Source: Marinilabiliaceae bacterium
Lineage (GTDB): Bacteria > Bacteroidota > Bacteroidia > Bacteroidales > VadinHA17
Reading direction: 5' to 3'
Length of the DNA stretch: 64,000 nucleotides
NCBI GenBank assembly: GCA_036350795.1
Contig: JAZBNV010000046.1
Span: 3,089 to 67,088 of the forward strand
Shown: positions 28,222 to 38,443 of the stretch, piece after piece
Numbering within the stretch: the first letter of the stretch is position 1
How the letters are laid out: every line of letters starts with the position of its first letter
Translations under genes and position numbers: made by a program
Notes under the pieces: model-generated
The model's database searches: none
Seen by the model: the letters and a program-made list of their open reading frames with translations, nothing else
What the model was told of the DNA's origin: nothing

Positions 28222-29850
28222 TTACAGCTGTTTTTCTGCAAATAATGAAGTAAACTCAAACTTTATGCCATCAAACAGCCCCTTGTCCCCCAGCTTTAAT
28301 TCAGGAATTACCAGCAGGGCCATAAATGACAGGGTCATAAAAGGTGCCTTTAAATGACTTCCCATATCTTTCACTTTATCAGATAATTCAAGGTATTGAG
28401 AAGCAATTGTTCCACATGGAACATCCGTCATTATACCTGCCACAGGAAGGCCAAGTATACTGGTTTCGCCATCAGAAACAACAGACAATCCTCCTTTCAA
28501 TTCAACTAAGGCATTTATGGCCTTTACAATTGAGTTGTCTTCTGTCCCCACTGCAATAATATTATGACTGTCGTGCGCTACTGAGCTTGCAAAGGCACCT
28601 TTTTTAAGTTGAAACCCCTTCACAAAACCAACCACCGGTGGTCTGTCGTGGTATCGATCCTTAACCACAATCTTTAATATATCCTCCCCAACCGATGCTT
28701 CAAGGATATTTTTGTCGCTCCACTTATATCTCTTTTCGCGGGTCAGAAGTTCCCCGTCCTCTACTTCAATTACCCTCACTAATTTGTGCTGGTTCCTGAC
28801 ACTTATTTCCTTGCCTTTTATAACTGAACAGTTAAACTTATTCTTATGCACCAGGGCAGGTGCAGAAAAATTAACTTTGCCTTGCTTATAAACCATGTTT
28901 CCTTCTATCCAGGTTTCCAGCACATTTATTTCCTTAAGATTGTCCACAACAATAAAATCAGCCGGATCTCCTGCCCTCAGCAGTCCTACATCCAGCTTAT
29001 AATGAAGAACCGGGTTAAGGCTTGCCGCCCTTATTACATCAAAAAAATCATAATCCTTACCAAGCAGGTCTTTTACAGGTCCGTTTATATGCCTTTCCTG
29101 AAGCATCTCGGGGTGTATATCATCACAGCATAACATCAGGCTCCCCGGATAATCTTTAAAAAGCGGGGCCAGTGCCTCCAGGTTGCGGGCAGCACTGCCT
29201 TCCCGTATTAATATCTTCATCCCCCGTTTAAGCTTTTCTTTCGCCTCTTCAAAATCAGATGCCTCATGATCTGTAGAAATGCCTGCATCAATATAGGCCC
29301 TTAATTCTTTACCCCTCAAACCTGGGGCATGTCCGTCTACCATCTTACCACTTTTCCTCGCATATTCCAGCTTCTTTGTCACTTCTGCATCTTTATTGAT
29401 TACACCCGGATAATTCATCATCTCAGCAAGAAAATATATATCATTATCAGCCAGCAATTCTTTAATATCGGCAGAATCGAGAACAGCACCAGACGACTCA
29501 AAAGGGGTTGCAGGCACACATGAAGGTGCTCCAAAATAAAACTTGAATGGCACCGATTTACCAGAGTTTACCATAAAAACCACTCCCTCCTTTCCCAGTA
29601 CATTTGCTATCTCATGCGGATCTGAAACTACAGCAACAGTACCATGCCTGACTGCCACAACAGCAAACTCTGAAGGCACCAGCATAGAGCTTTCAATATG
29701 AACATGTGAATCAATAAATCCAGGCATTATATAGCAGGATTGTTCTTCATCTATCCTGACCACAGATACTATTCTGCCGCCTTCAACCAGGACTTCTGCA
29801 GGATATATCTCTCTTGAAAATACATCTATATAATTTCCTTTTTTTTTCAT
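28222..29850 (-). CDS. ade: Adenine deaminase
   Basis: PGFIDSHVHIESS, DPHEIANV, DGHAPG, TDHE, SVAHDSHN; start moved to MKKKGN at 29850. Confidence 0.92.
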   Translation of the reverse strand: MKKKGNYIDVFSREIYPAEVLVEGGRIVSVVRIDEEQSCYIMPGFIDSHVHIESSMLVPSEFAVVAVRHGTVAVVSDPHEIANVLGKEGVVFMVNSGKSVPFKFYFGAPSCVPATPFESSGAVLDSADIKELLADNDIYFLAEMMNYPGVINKDAEVTKKLEYARKSGKMVDGHAPGLRGKELRAYIDAGISTDHEASDFEEAKEKLKRGMKILIREGSAARNLEALAPLFKDYPGSLMLCCDDIHPEMLQERHINGPVKDLLGKDYDFFDVIRAASLNPVLHYKLDVGLLRAGDPADFIVVDNLKEINVLETWIEGNMVYKQGKVNFSAPALVHKNKFNCSVIKGKEISVRNQHKLVRVIEVEDGELLTREKRYKWSDKNILEASVGEDILKIVVKDRYHDRPPVVGFVKGFQLKKGAFASSVAHDSHNIIAVGTEDNSIVKAINALVELKGGLSVVSDGETSILGLPVAGIMTDVPCGTIASQYLELSDKVKDMGSHLKAPFMTLSFMALLVIPELKLGDKGLFDGIKFEFTSLFAEKQL

Positions 29851-29871
29851 AAAAAGATAAATTAGAAAATT

Positions 29872-29887
29872 TGTTCCACGTGGAACC
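29872..29887. promoter_or_regulatory. parS centromere-like site
   Basis: TGTTCCACGTGGAACC, 15/16 match to the palindrome TGTTCCACGTGGAACA; intergenic. Confidence 0.85.
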
Positions 29888-30027
29888 ATGAAAATAAACA
29901 CTTATCAACATTAAGATATGAAAAATCTGCGTTTATAAACAGTTAATCCTGTTATCGCATTTTATTATGGACTCTGTAAAATATATATCCTATTCCAGCT
30001 AATCCATTATAATAAGCTGAAATACTA

Positions 30028-31917
30028 TCATCTCCCCAGGTACATTAACAATACTGCTACATCGCTTGGCGATACACCACTGATTCTGCTGGCCATCCCT
30101 ATTGTTGCAGGTCTGAATTTTTCGAGCTTCTGTCTTCCCTCAGTAGATATTGATTTTAACTCCTCATAACTTATATCTTCAGGGAGTTTTAAATCGTTAA
30201 GGCGTTTTATTTTATCTGCCACATTTCTCTCTCGGTCTATATATCCCTGGTACTTTATTCCAATTTCCACCGATTCAAGAATTTCAGCCTTTCTGCTTCC
30301 CAGTGCCTCCATCAGCTCACGGCCCCTCTTACTTATTGTAAGCAACTCCTCCAGGCTTAATTGGGGTCGTCCTGCCAGATTTTCAATACTTGCACCGTGC
30401 TTAAGTTCGCTCGTACCTTTCTCCAACAATAAATCTTTTACCTGGTCAGGTTTATATTTTATCTCCTTAAGCTCATTTCTTAGCCTTTTTACCATCTCCT
30501 TCTTTTCTATAAACCTCTTCTCCCGTTCGCTGTCAATCAGCCCGATCTCTTTCCCGACCGGGGTTAACCTTTCATCAGCATTATCCTGTCTGAGAAGGAT
30601 TCTGTATTCGGCCCTCGAAGTAAACATCCTGTAAGGCTCATCCACTCCCTTTGTGACCAGGTCGTCGATTAATACACCAATATATGCTTCGTCTCTTTTA
30701 AAAATAACACTTTCTTCGCCTCTTATCTTTCTTACCGCATTTATTCCGGCAATTAATCCCTGTGCCCCGGCTTCTTCATATCCGGTTGTACCATTAATCT
30801 GTCCGGCGAAATAAAGGTTCTCTATTCTTTTTGTTTCAAGTGTCTGCTTTAACTGCGTGGGCTGAAAGAAGTCATATTCGATTGCATAACCCGGTCTGTA
30901 AATAGCAACATTCTCAAGTCCCGGAATTTTCCTTAAAGCCTTCAACTGAGTCTCAAGCGGCAGGCTTGATGCATAGCCATTTATATAATATTCGTTTGTA
31001 TCCCAGCCTTCGGGTTCAATAAACAACTGATGTGTTTCCTTATCAGCAAAAGTCACTATTTTATCTTCGATACTAGGACAATACCTTGGGCCGATACCTT
31101 TAATCATACCCTGGTATAATGGACTATGCTTTAAGCCTTCCCTGAGTAAATCATGTACTTCCCTGTTTGTATGTACTATATAGCAGCTTCTTTCATCGTT
31201 AATTTCAATTCTATCATGCAGGTACGAAAAACATCTTCCCTCGGCATCACCTTTTTGTTCTGTCATCCTGCCGAAGTCAATTGTTCTTCCGTCTAACCTG
31301 GCACTGGTTCCGGTTTTCATTCGTTCTACCTCAAAGCCAAACTCCCTTAATTGCTCGCTTATTCCTTTCGACGATTCATCTCCGGATCGTCCGCCTTCAG
31401 AGGTACTAAAACCCACATACATCAAACCGTTCAAAAAGGTACCGCTGGCTATAATTACAGCAGATGCCTTAATCCTGGTTCCAAAACTGGTTTCCACACC
31501 CTCAATCTTTCCACCTTCAACTATAAGCTTAGTTGCGCGTTCCTGCCACATATACAGATTATCCCTGTTTTCGAGCAATATTCTCCATTCCCGGCTAAAC
31601 AGGTCTCTGTCACATTGTGCCCTGGGACTCCACATTGCGGGTCCTTTTGACCTGTTAAGCATTCTGAATTGTATCATACTTCTGTCTGTTACAATTCCAG
31701 AAGCTCCTCCCAGCGCATCAATCTCCCTTATAATCTGTCCCTTTGCTATACCTCCCATGGCCGGGTTGCACGACATCTGTCCCAGTTTCGTCATGTCCAT
31801 CGTAATCAGAACTGTCTTCATACCCATCCCTGCCGATGCATAAGCAGCCTCACAACCTGCATGACCACCACCTATTACTGCAACATCATACTCAAAATGC
31901 ATTTCTGTATTCTTCAA
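30028..31917 (-). CDS. mnmG: tRNA uridine-5-carboxymethylaminomethyl(34) synthesis enzyme MnmG (GidA)
   Basis: [40 protein letters not shown]. Confidence 0.97.
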   Translation of the reverse strand: MKNTEMHFEYDVAVIGGGHAGCEAAYASAGMGMKTVLITMDMTKLGQMSCNPAMGGIAKGQIIREIDALGGASGIVTDRSMIQFRMLNRSKGPAMWSPRAQCDRDLFSREWRILLENRDNLYMWQERATKLIVEGGKIEGVETSFGTRIKASAVIIASGTFLNGLMYVGFSTSEGGRSGDESSKGISEQLREFGFEVERMKTGTSARLDGRTIDFGRMTEQKGDAEGRCFSYLHDRIEINDERSCYIVHTNREVHDLLREGLKHSPLYQGMIKGIGPRYCPSIEDKIVTFADKETHQLFIEPEGWDTNEYYINGYASSLPLETQLKALRKIPGLENVAIYRPGYAIEYDFFQPTQLKQTLETKRIENLYFAGQINGTTGYEEAGAQGLIAGINAVRKIRGEESVIFKRDEAYIGVLIDDLVTKGVDEPYRMFTSRAEYRILLRQDNADERLTPVGKEIGLIDSEREKRFIEKKEMVKRLRNELKEIKYKPDQVKDLLLEKGTSELKHGASIENLAGRPQLSLEELLTISKRGRELMEALGSRKAEILESVEIGIKYQGYIDRERNVADKIKRLNDLKLPEDISYEELKSISTEGRQKLEKFRPATIGMASRISGVSPSDVAVLLMYLGR

Positions 31918-32326
31918 GATACTTATCCTCCAGTTTTCTCATAATTTCTATTTCACCTTCGCTCTTATCGTCAAATCCCAATAAATGCAGGACGCCATGA
32001 AGAAGAACCCTTCTTATTTCTTCTGTAAAAGCAATATCAATATTAGTTGCATTAAGCTTAACCGTATCATAACCAATATATATTTCTCCATTAACTATTT
32101 CATTTTCTGAATAGTTAAAAGATATAACATCAGTATAATAATCATGTTCAAGGAATTCACTGTTAATTGCCCTTATTTCTTCATCATTTAGCAAAAAGAA
32201 TGAAATAGTACCGGTAATTTTCGAGTTAGACCTGATTACTCCTTCCAGCCACCTCTTTAAGCTGCCTGTATTTCTTAACCTGTAGTTCGGATACTGATAG
32301 TGAAATGAAATTTTCACGTTATGCAA
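31892..32326 (-). CDS. ybeY: rRNA maturation RNase YbeY
   Basis: TDVISF and [11 protein letters not shown]. Confidence 0.92.
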   Translation of the reverse strand: MHNVKISFHYQYPNYRLRNTGSLKRWLEGVIRSNSKITGTISFFLLNDEEIRAINSEFLEHDYYTDVISFNYSENEIVNGEIYIGYDTVKLNATNIDIAFTEEIRRVLLHGVLHLLGFDDKSEGEIEIMRKLEDKYLEEYRNAF

Positions 32327-32717
32327 TATTAAAAACCATTCTCACCTGGTTTCCACTGCTGTTGAATTCTATATTGTCAGCAAGATTAGTCATAAGATAA
32401 ACACCTCTTCCATGCAGATTCTCAATATTTGACGGAGCTGTTGGGTCAGGTATAAGTTCAGGATTAAAACCCTTGCCTTCGTCTTCGACAGTAACCATCA
32501 GCCTGCTTTCCTGTATTGTAAAATTTACGCTTACAAACTTGGTATTGTCTGTTTTGTTTCCATGAATTATAGCATTATTAACAGCCTCCATCGTTGCCAC
32601 CAGGATCTTCCCGTAGGCTTCCCTGTTAATTTTTAACTCACTCGATAGTTCGTCAATTAATGCTTCAATTTTCCTTATGTTCGAAATCTCGGATTGTATG
32701 TCAATTTTTCTTTTCAT
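32319..32717 (-). CDS. RsbW-like anti-sigma factor / HATPase_c Ser kinase
   Basis: EAVNNAIIHGN (N box), DEGKGF (G1), GRGVYLM (G2); single domain of 132 aa. Confidence 0.82.
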   Translation of the reverse strand: MKRKIDIQSEISNIRKIEALIDELSSELKINREAYGKILVATMEAVNNAIIHGNKTDNTKFVSVNFTIQESRLMVTVEDEGKGFNPELIPDPTAPSNIENLHGRGVYLMTNLADNIEFNSSGNQVRMVFNIA

Positions 32718-32773
32718 CAGGAACTTCTATATCCTTTGTTTATACTCAATTTATCGCTGAAAAGTTTCAGATT

Positions 32774-33952
32774 CTATTGCTTTTTTGCCAGCCAGATTTC
32801 AGGGTTTTGTTTATCCTTTTCCTTGTAAACCATAAATTTCAGAATACTCTTATTTCCCTCACTTTTATCGAGGTATACATCGCCTAAATTCTGCTTTGTT
32901 ATTACACGATCACCTGGCTTAACCGTAACATTTACAATATTCTGATATACAGACAGGTACTCTCCATGCCGTATAATTACCGCCATATTGCCGCCTGAGA
33001 TTCCAAAAACACTTACTACTGTTCCATTAAAAACCGTCCGTGCTTTTTGTGCAGTACCACTGGTAATCTCAATCCCTATATTATCAATCTTGGTGCCCTT
33101 AAAAACCGGATGATCCTGTACCCCGAATTTACTTGTAATAATACCACGCTCCACTGGCCACGGAAGTCTTCCCATGTTCTTTTCAAAATCATCTCCAACA
33201 ATTTTATCGTCAGGCGAAAGTTCTGACAGCTCTCTTCTCTTTCTTTCTTCCTCAATTACCCTTCCAATTTCCTTTTCTATCTCCTCTGCCATTTTCCTTT
33301 TATCTCTCAACTCATTCCGTAACTGCCGTTGCTTACTTGAAAGCCTGTTTACAAGACCTCTCTGGCTTCTCTGCTCTTTCTGGAGAGTAACTTTCTGATT
33401 TTCCTCCTTTTCGCGTAAAACTTCTATTTCCTTCAAATAGCTTTCCTGTTTTTCGATAGTATTCTGTATTTCTTCCTTAAGCTCTATAATTAACTCGGCT
33501 TCCATTCTTCGGTATCTTGCTACCTGCTGCAGGTACCTGAGCCTCTTATAGCCCTGGTTAAGATCGCGTGCGCTGAAAATATACATAAAATCAGGTTGTC
33601 CCTTACTTTCTTTTTGTGCATGCAATATAGCCTTTTCATACTCTTCTATCAGCTTATCCAGATCTTCCTGCATAAGCTGAATAGACAGATCATTTAACTC
33701 TATCCTGTATAGTACCAGGTCTATTTCCTCCTTTAAGCTGCTCAGTACATTCTCCCTTAGCCTTAGTTTACTATTAATCATATTAAGAGACTGAATACCT
33801 TCATTTGTTTGGTTTTCGGTGTCTTTTAGCAGTTTATCCACATACTCAATATCAGCCAGGGCCTTTTCGCGTTGCGCATTGAGATCTGCAAGCGACTGCG
33901 ATCTGGCACAAACAGATAAAAATGAAAATATTATAAACAGAACAATCCTCAT
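32774..33952 (-). CDS. envC: Murein hydrolase activator EnvC family (coiled coil plus M23 domain)
   Basis: Signal peptide, long coiled coil, LPWPV, degenerate M23 domain (IIRHGEYLSVY). Confidence 0.8.
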   Translation of the reverse strand: MRIVLFIIFSFLSVCARSQSLADLNAQREKALADIEYVDKLLKDTENQTNEGIQSLNMINSKLRLRENVLSSLKEEIDLVLYRIELNDLSIQLMQEDLDKLIEEYEKAILHAQKESKGQPDFMYIFSARDLNQGYKRLRYLQQVARYRRMEAELIIELKEEIQNTIEKQESYLKEIEVLREKEENQKVTLQKEQRSQRGLVNRLSSKQRQLRNELRDKRKMAEEIEKEIGRVIEEERKRRELSELSPDDKIVGDDFEKNMGRLPWPVERGIITSKFGVQDHPVFKGTKIDNIGIEITSGTAQKARTVFNGTVVSVFGISGGNMAVIIRHGEYLSVYQNIVNVTVKPGDRVITKQNLGDVYLDKSEGNKSILKFMVYKEKDKQNPEIWLAKKQ

Positions 33953-34716
33953 TTTATAATTCTGTATTCATTTACCCTTCCGGTTTCAAACATCATATTC
34001 TTATTCTTTCCAAACCTTATATTGGAATACTCCAGTTCGATGTCTATATCCCTGTTAATATTTTTAATATTTATAAGGCACGGCACAAAGAAATCATTAA
34101 ATCTCTGTAATGCACTAAAATTAATAATAGTTGTATCATTATTAAAGCCATATACAGAAACCTCCTTCAGTTTAGCATCACGTCCGCTTACAATAAATTC
34201 AAAGCTTGTATTTTCTCTATTTAAATTATATATCCTGATATCAGAATCATTACTGTCACTTTCCGTCCCGAAACTGAACTCCGGTAAATCGCCCCACAAC
34301 AGATCTGTCAAAGAGGCATCAAGTTCAAATTTACCAAGCATATAGTCAGTACTCTGCATGTAAAGTACACTATTAATCCTGTCATATATTTTTAAGCTGT
34401 CGGCATCCATATATGCCCTTGCAATCTCGATGCCGGCAAGGGATCTGATACTGACAAGCACCTTCCCATCAGATGAATGCTTAATAAATCCACTGGCATT
34501 CTTACTAACATTTTCGTCCTTATATTTAAGCCGGAATCTGCTAATAATGAAGTCCTTATCACCAATATTATTTCGCAACGTAAGCCCGACAAGATCATCC
34601 CCTCCTAAGCTTACAGGCCTTCTTTCTTTCTCTTTTGCTATTCTGCGGGAGCCAGAACAGGATGCAATCGAAACAAACAAAAACACAATTAATAAATATT
34701 TTCCTACTTTATACAT
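33949..34716 (-). CDS. DUF4292-like lipoprotein
   Basis: Lipobox IASC; position between the TPR gene and envC as recalled for Bacteroidetes; GIEIAR motif. Confidence 0.6.
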   Translation of the reverse strand: MYKVGKYLLIVFLFVSIASCSGSRRIAKEKERRPVSLGGDDLVGLTLRNNIGDKDFIISRFRLKYKDENVSKNASGFIKHSSDGKVLVSIRSLAGIEIARAYMDADSLKIYDRINSVLYMQSTDYMLGKFELDASLTDLLWGDLPEFSFGTESDSNDSDIRIYNLNRENTSFEFIVSGRDAKLKEVSVYGFNNDTTIINFSALQRFNDFFVPCLINIKNINRDIDIELEYSNIRFGKNKNMMFETGRVNEYRIIK

Positions 34717-36422
34717 TTTTCTATCTCATCTGATAAATATTCTTTCGAAGCGTCCATTTCCAGTGCTTTTTTCCATGCATTAACCGCTTTATCACATTTA
34801 CCTCTTTTCCTCTTTATATATCCGTAGTGTTCCCAGAGTTCAGGATCATTAATCTGATTCTTTTCATACATATTATCCATTACTTTCTCGGCTTTGCCCG
34901 TCCTTCCAAGTTTATACAGTACCCATGCGTAGGTATCGAGGTAAGTTGGATTGCTTTCTATGCTTATACATTTTTCTATTAATGAAAGGCTTTTCTTAAG
35001 ATCATAGTCTTTCTCGGCCATAAAATATGCGTAATTATTTAATATAAGCGGATCTGAAGGATTATATTCAAGGGCCTTGTCAAACTTTTCAAAGGCCTCC
35101 AGCCACTTGCCCTGACGGTAAAAAATATCGGCTTCGAGCGACAGAATCTGGACCATGTATTCTGCATTTTCGTTAACAAGAATCCTAACCTTCTTCAATT
35201 CGTTAATCGCCAGTTCGTACTCACCTTTGTCAGTAGCTGCAAAAGCCAGCATCAGCTTTGGGACGGGTATCATATTAAACAGACTCGCTGCTTTCCTGGC
35301 ACTATCATAAAGTGCTTTTGTGTCCTGCATTTCATTGTGCAGGAACAATAGCTTTTCCCATATAAAATAATTTCCTTCATCGTAGGCGGTATATTCCTTC
35401 AGCACATTAATCGCATCTTCCTCTCTTCCGATCAGATCATATAGTTCAGCAAGTGCCAGAACAGCCGCAGGCTCATCCTTGTTATCGGCCCTGAGTACCA
35501 GCACAGACATTATAAGTTCATTACTTTTAGATCTTACCAGGCTGGTATCGGTAAATATTTTACCCAGGAGATTAATCTTATCCTCAAAGCCCACATTTTC
35601 ATTAATCAGTACTGTATTTAAGAAAAAGCTTACCTCATCATACTTCTTCTCTGCTAGGATAAAATCAAGGTAGGATAACTGTAAGAGTCCGTTAGCAGGA
35701 TCTTCCTCAAATAATGATCTGTATATATCAATAGCTTTTTCATTATTACCTGTCGACCTGTAAAACTCGGCAAGGAGTCCCCTGTAATTAAGATTTCCGG
35801 GCTCTATACTTATTACTTCCAGGAGTAAATCCTCAGCCTTTTCCATCTGGTTCCGGGCCCGGTAAACATTTACAAGGGGAATCATTATCTCTGCGGTTTT
35901 ACCATATCGCAGCATTAAATCCGTAAATATTTTCTCTGCCTCGTCAAGTTTCCCCGTTTCTGTATATATTGAACCCAGGTTAAACAGTATATCTTCTCTG
36001 TCCGGGTCGTTATTTATAAGCTCTTCATAGTACCAGGCTACAGAATCCGGCATATTGGCCTGGTAATAAAGAGCTGCGAGATTGCTTATATACCAGTTGT
36101 TTCGGGGATCTGCCTTATAGGCCTTCACTCCATATTTTCTCGCCTGCTCAAAATCACCCCTGGCAGCAGTTATCTGGGATATCTGGTAATAGGATGCATC
36201 ACTGGCCGGGTTCATTTTGGTGGCTTGTTCAAAATACTTCAGTGCATCTCCAAAATTTCCAAGCATCTTCTGCTTTAAGGCATCACTATACAAAAGATTA
36301 TATTGTGTTGTATCAAAACCCCTGGTGATAATAATACCCGGATTTGAAGGAATGCTTCTCTTACTACAGGCTGCCATAAGCAGCATGGCGGGTATAATTA
36401 TAATAAAATATATTTTCCTCAT
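34704..36422 (-). CDS. TPR-repeat lipoprotein
   Basis: Lipobox MAAC after MRKIYF; multiple TPRs, LNNYAY, YLDTYAW, WEHYG; start moved from 36461. Confidence 0.85.
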   Translation of the reverse strand: MRKIYFIIIIPAMLLMAACSKRSIPSNPGIIITRGFDTTQYNLLYSDALKQKMLGNFGDALKYFEQATKMNPASDASYYQISQITAARGDFEQARKYGVKAYKADPRNNWYISNLAALYYQANMPDSVAWYYEELINNDPDREDILFNLGSIYTETGKLDEAEKIFTDLMLRYGKTAEIMIPLVNVYRARNQMEKAEDLLLEVISIEPGNLNYRGLLAEFYRSTGNNEKAIDIYRSLFEEDPANGLLQLSYLDFILAEKKYDEVSFFLNTVLINENVGFEDKINLLGKIFTDTSLVRSKSNELIMSVLVLRADNKDEPAAVLALAELYDLIGREEDAINVLKEYTAYDEGNYFIWEKLLFLHNEMQDTKALYDSARKAASLFNMIPVPKLMLAFAATDKGEYELAINELKKVRILVNENAEYMVQILSLEADIFYRQGKWLEAFEKFDKALEYNPSDPLILNNYAYFMAEKDYDLKKSLSLIEKCISIESNPTYLDTYAWVLYKLGRTGKAEKVMDNMYEKNQINDPELWEHYGYIKRKRGKCDKAVNAWKKALEMDASKEYLSDEIEKCIK

Positions 36423-36423
36423 T

Positions 36424-36867
36424 TTACTCTTTCCCTGTATGTCCGAACCCGCCAGGGCCACGGTTTGTTTTATCGAGCGAGTTCACGGTTTTCCATTCAA
36501 TGCTTTCGTGCCTGGCAATTACCATCTGGCAGATTCTTTCGCCATCCTTAATTACAAATTCCTTATCAGACAGGTTTATAAGTATTATTTCTATTTCACC
36601 CCTGTAGTCGGCGTCGATTGTTCCCGGTGAATTAACTGTGCTTATACCGCTCTCAAATGCAAGACCGCTCCGGGGGCGAATCTGTGCCTCATAGCCCTCT
36701 GGCAGCTGAATATACAAACCTGTACCGACGAGGGCCCTTTGCATGGGCTTAAGAACAATATCCTTTTCAATATTTGCCCTTAGATCCATTCCGGCCGAAA
36801 GCTCTGTAGAATATGCAGGATTATGATGCTTTGACCTGTTAACAATCTTTACTTTTAATCTATCCAT
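36424..36867 (-). CDS. dut: dUTP diphosphatase
   Basis: [30 protein letters not shown]. Confidence 0.96.
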   Translation of the reverse strand: MDRLKVKIVNRSKHHNPAYSTELSAGMDLRANIEKDIVLKPMQRALVGTGLYIQLPEGYEAQIRPRSGLAFESGISTVNSPGTIDADYRGEIEIILINLSDKEFVIKDGERICQMVIARHESIEWKTVNSLDKTNRGPGGFGHTGKE

Positions 36868-38349
36868 CTACGCTTTCCCCGGTTTTATAAACTGTGTAAT
36901 TGATTTATCCCTTATTTCAGCATAGGCAATAAAAGAAAGTATAAACAAGGTATTAAAGGCTATCTCGCTGGCAATACTCCCGTAATTAATCCTGTTTACA
37001 AGAATAACTATAATAACTGCAAGTCCTATATACGACAATAATTTTCCTGTTTCATAACTAATAGGATAATGTCTTTTACTCAGCAGGTAGGATACAATAA
37101 CCATTACACCATAACATGCCACATGAGCCCAGGCAGAGGCCCTGTAGCCAAACTTCGGTATAAACAAGACGTTTATCAATATTGTTATTGCTGCCCCGAT
37201 AAAAGTAAGATAAGCACCATATTTGGTTATATCATTTGCCTTATACCATATGCTAAGGTTTACAAAAATACCATATAGCAGGAATCCAAGGCTGATAACC
37301 GGTACCACAAACATTGATTCACGGTAATCTCCGGGTAATATCAGCTGGATAACAGATATATACAAATTCAGTCCCAGGAACAATATCAGAGCATAAATAA
37401 TAAAATATTTCATTGCCGTGGAATATGTTTCTTTGGCGTCTTTCCCTGATAATTTTTCAAAAAAGAATGGTTCCATGGCAAATCTGTACATCTGTATAAA
37501 AAGCGCCATTAATACTGCTATTTTATAACCTGCCCCATAAACCCCAACCTCATAAAAGGGATTATCGCTTTGTATAAGTCGCCTAAGCAGCACCTTATCA
37601 ACAGCGTCGTTTATTATACCGGCCATTCCCGAAATTAACAGGGGTAAAGCATAAATAAGCATGCTTTTCCATACTTTAAATGAAAAATGGCTCTTTATAT
37701 TCAGGGTGCGGGGAAGCAGTATCAGGAAAACTACAAGGCTTCCTGCCAGGTTAGCTACAAAAACATAGCCTACACCAAAATCAGGATTATAAATTGCCGT
37801 AACCAGCCTGTTTCCTTTCTGGTATAGTGCCGGTGCAGCATCAGGAAGATAAAAGAACAGGGCAAGTGAAATAATCACAAGTACATTTATAAGCTTCAGT
37901 AAGCTGAATCTCAGAGGCCTGTTTTCTCTTCTAAGTTGCGCGAATGGTATCGCTGTAAGAGCATCAAGGGCTACAATAAACGAGAATATAATGAGGAATG
38001 TTTTGCTGTCTTCATACTTCATCAAAACAGATACCGGCTCAATAAAAACATTAAAGGCCACAAGAAATATTGCCGTCGTAAATATTAATGATATTATTGA
38101 AGTGCTGTATACCTGTTCGGGCTTATCTGATTTCTGGGCAAACCTGAAAAAAGCTGTTTCCATTCCATAGGTAAGCAGTACAAGCAAGAAAGCGATATAG
38201 GCATATAATTCTGTAACTACTCCATATTCGGCCGGTTCGAATATATTTGCATAAAAGGGTGTAAGCAGGGCATAATTCAGAAACCTGGGCAGCATTGTTC
38301 CCAGTCCGTAGATAAGAGTTTGTCCGGCCAGCCTGTTTAAGTCTTTCAT
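36868..38349 (-). CDS. MOP-superfamily (Wzx/polysaccharide biosynthesis) flippase
   Basis: Many TM segments; YGMETAFFR and AMEPFFF motifs. Confidence 0.75.
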   Translation of the reverse strand: MKDLNRLAGQTLIYGLGTMLPRFLNYALLTPFYANIFEPAEYGVVTELYAYIAFLLVLLTYGMETAFFRFAQKSDKPEQVYSTSIISLIFTTAIFLVAFNVFIEPVSVLMKYEDSKTFLIIFSFIVALDALTAIPFAQLRRENRPLRFSLLKLINVLVIISLALFFYLPDAAPALYQKGNRLVTAIYNPDFGVGYVFVANLAGSLVVFLILLPRTLNIKSHFSFKVWKSMLIYALPLLISGMAGIINDAVDKVLLRRLIQSDNPFYEVGVYGAGYKIAVLMALFIQMYRFAMEPFFFEKLSGKDAKETYSTAMKYFIIYALILFLGLNLYISVIQLILPGDYRESMFVVPVISLGFLLYGIFVNLSIWYKANDITKYGAYLTFIGAAITILINVLFIPKFGYRASAWAHVACYGVMVIVSYLLSKRHYPISYETGKLLSYIGLAVIIVILVNRINYGSIASEIAFNTLFILSFIAYAEIRDKSITQFIKPGKA

Positions 38350-38443
38350 TCTTCAGATTTTCTGCCCTCAAAACCGGAAACACTTCCTGGGTTTTAGAGC
38401 TTAATTAATCCAGCTCTATTCTGATACAAATATACTATCGTAT

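Noticed and set aside
29851-29901. ORF-track N-terminal extension of ade (MFIFMVPRGTNF...)
   Set aside because: It translates the parS palindrome; the amidohydrolase-like sequence begins at MKKKGN.
36867-36870. In-frame TAG-ATG (flippase/dut) and TAA-ATG (nadA/MORN, 46923-46926) junctions as possible readthrough or recoding
   Set aside because: Both flanking proteins are complete, normal-length family members; no recoding signal or machinery was seen.
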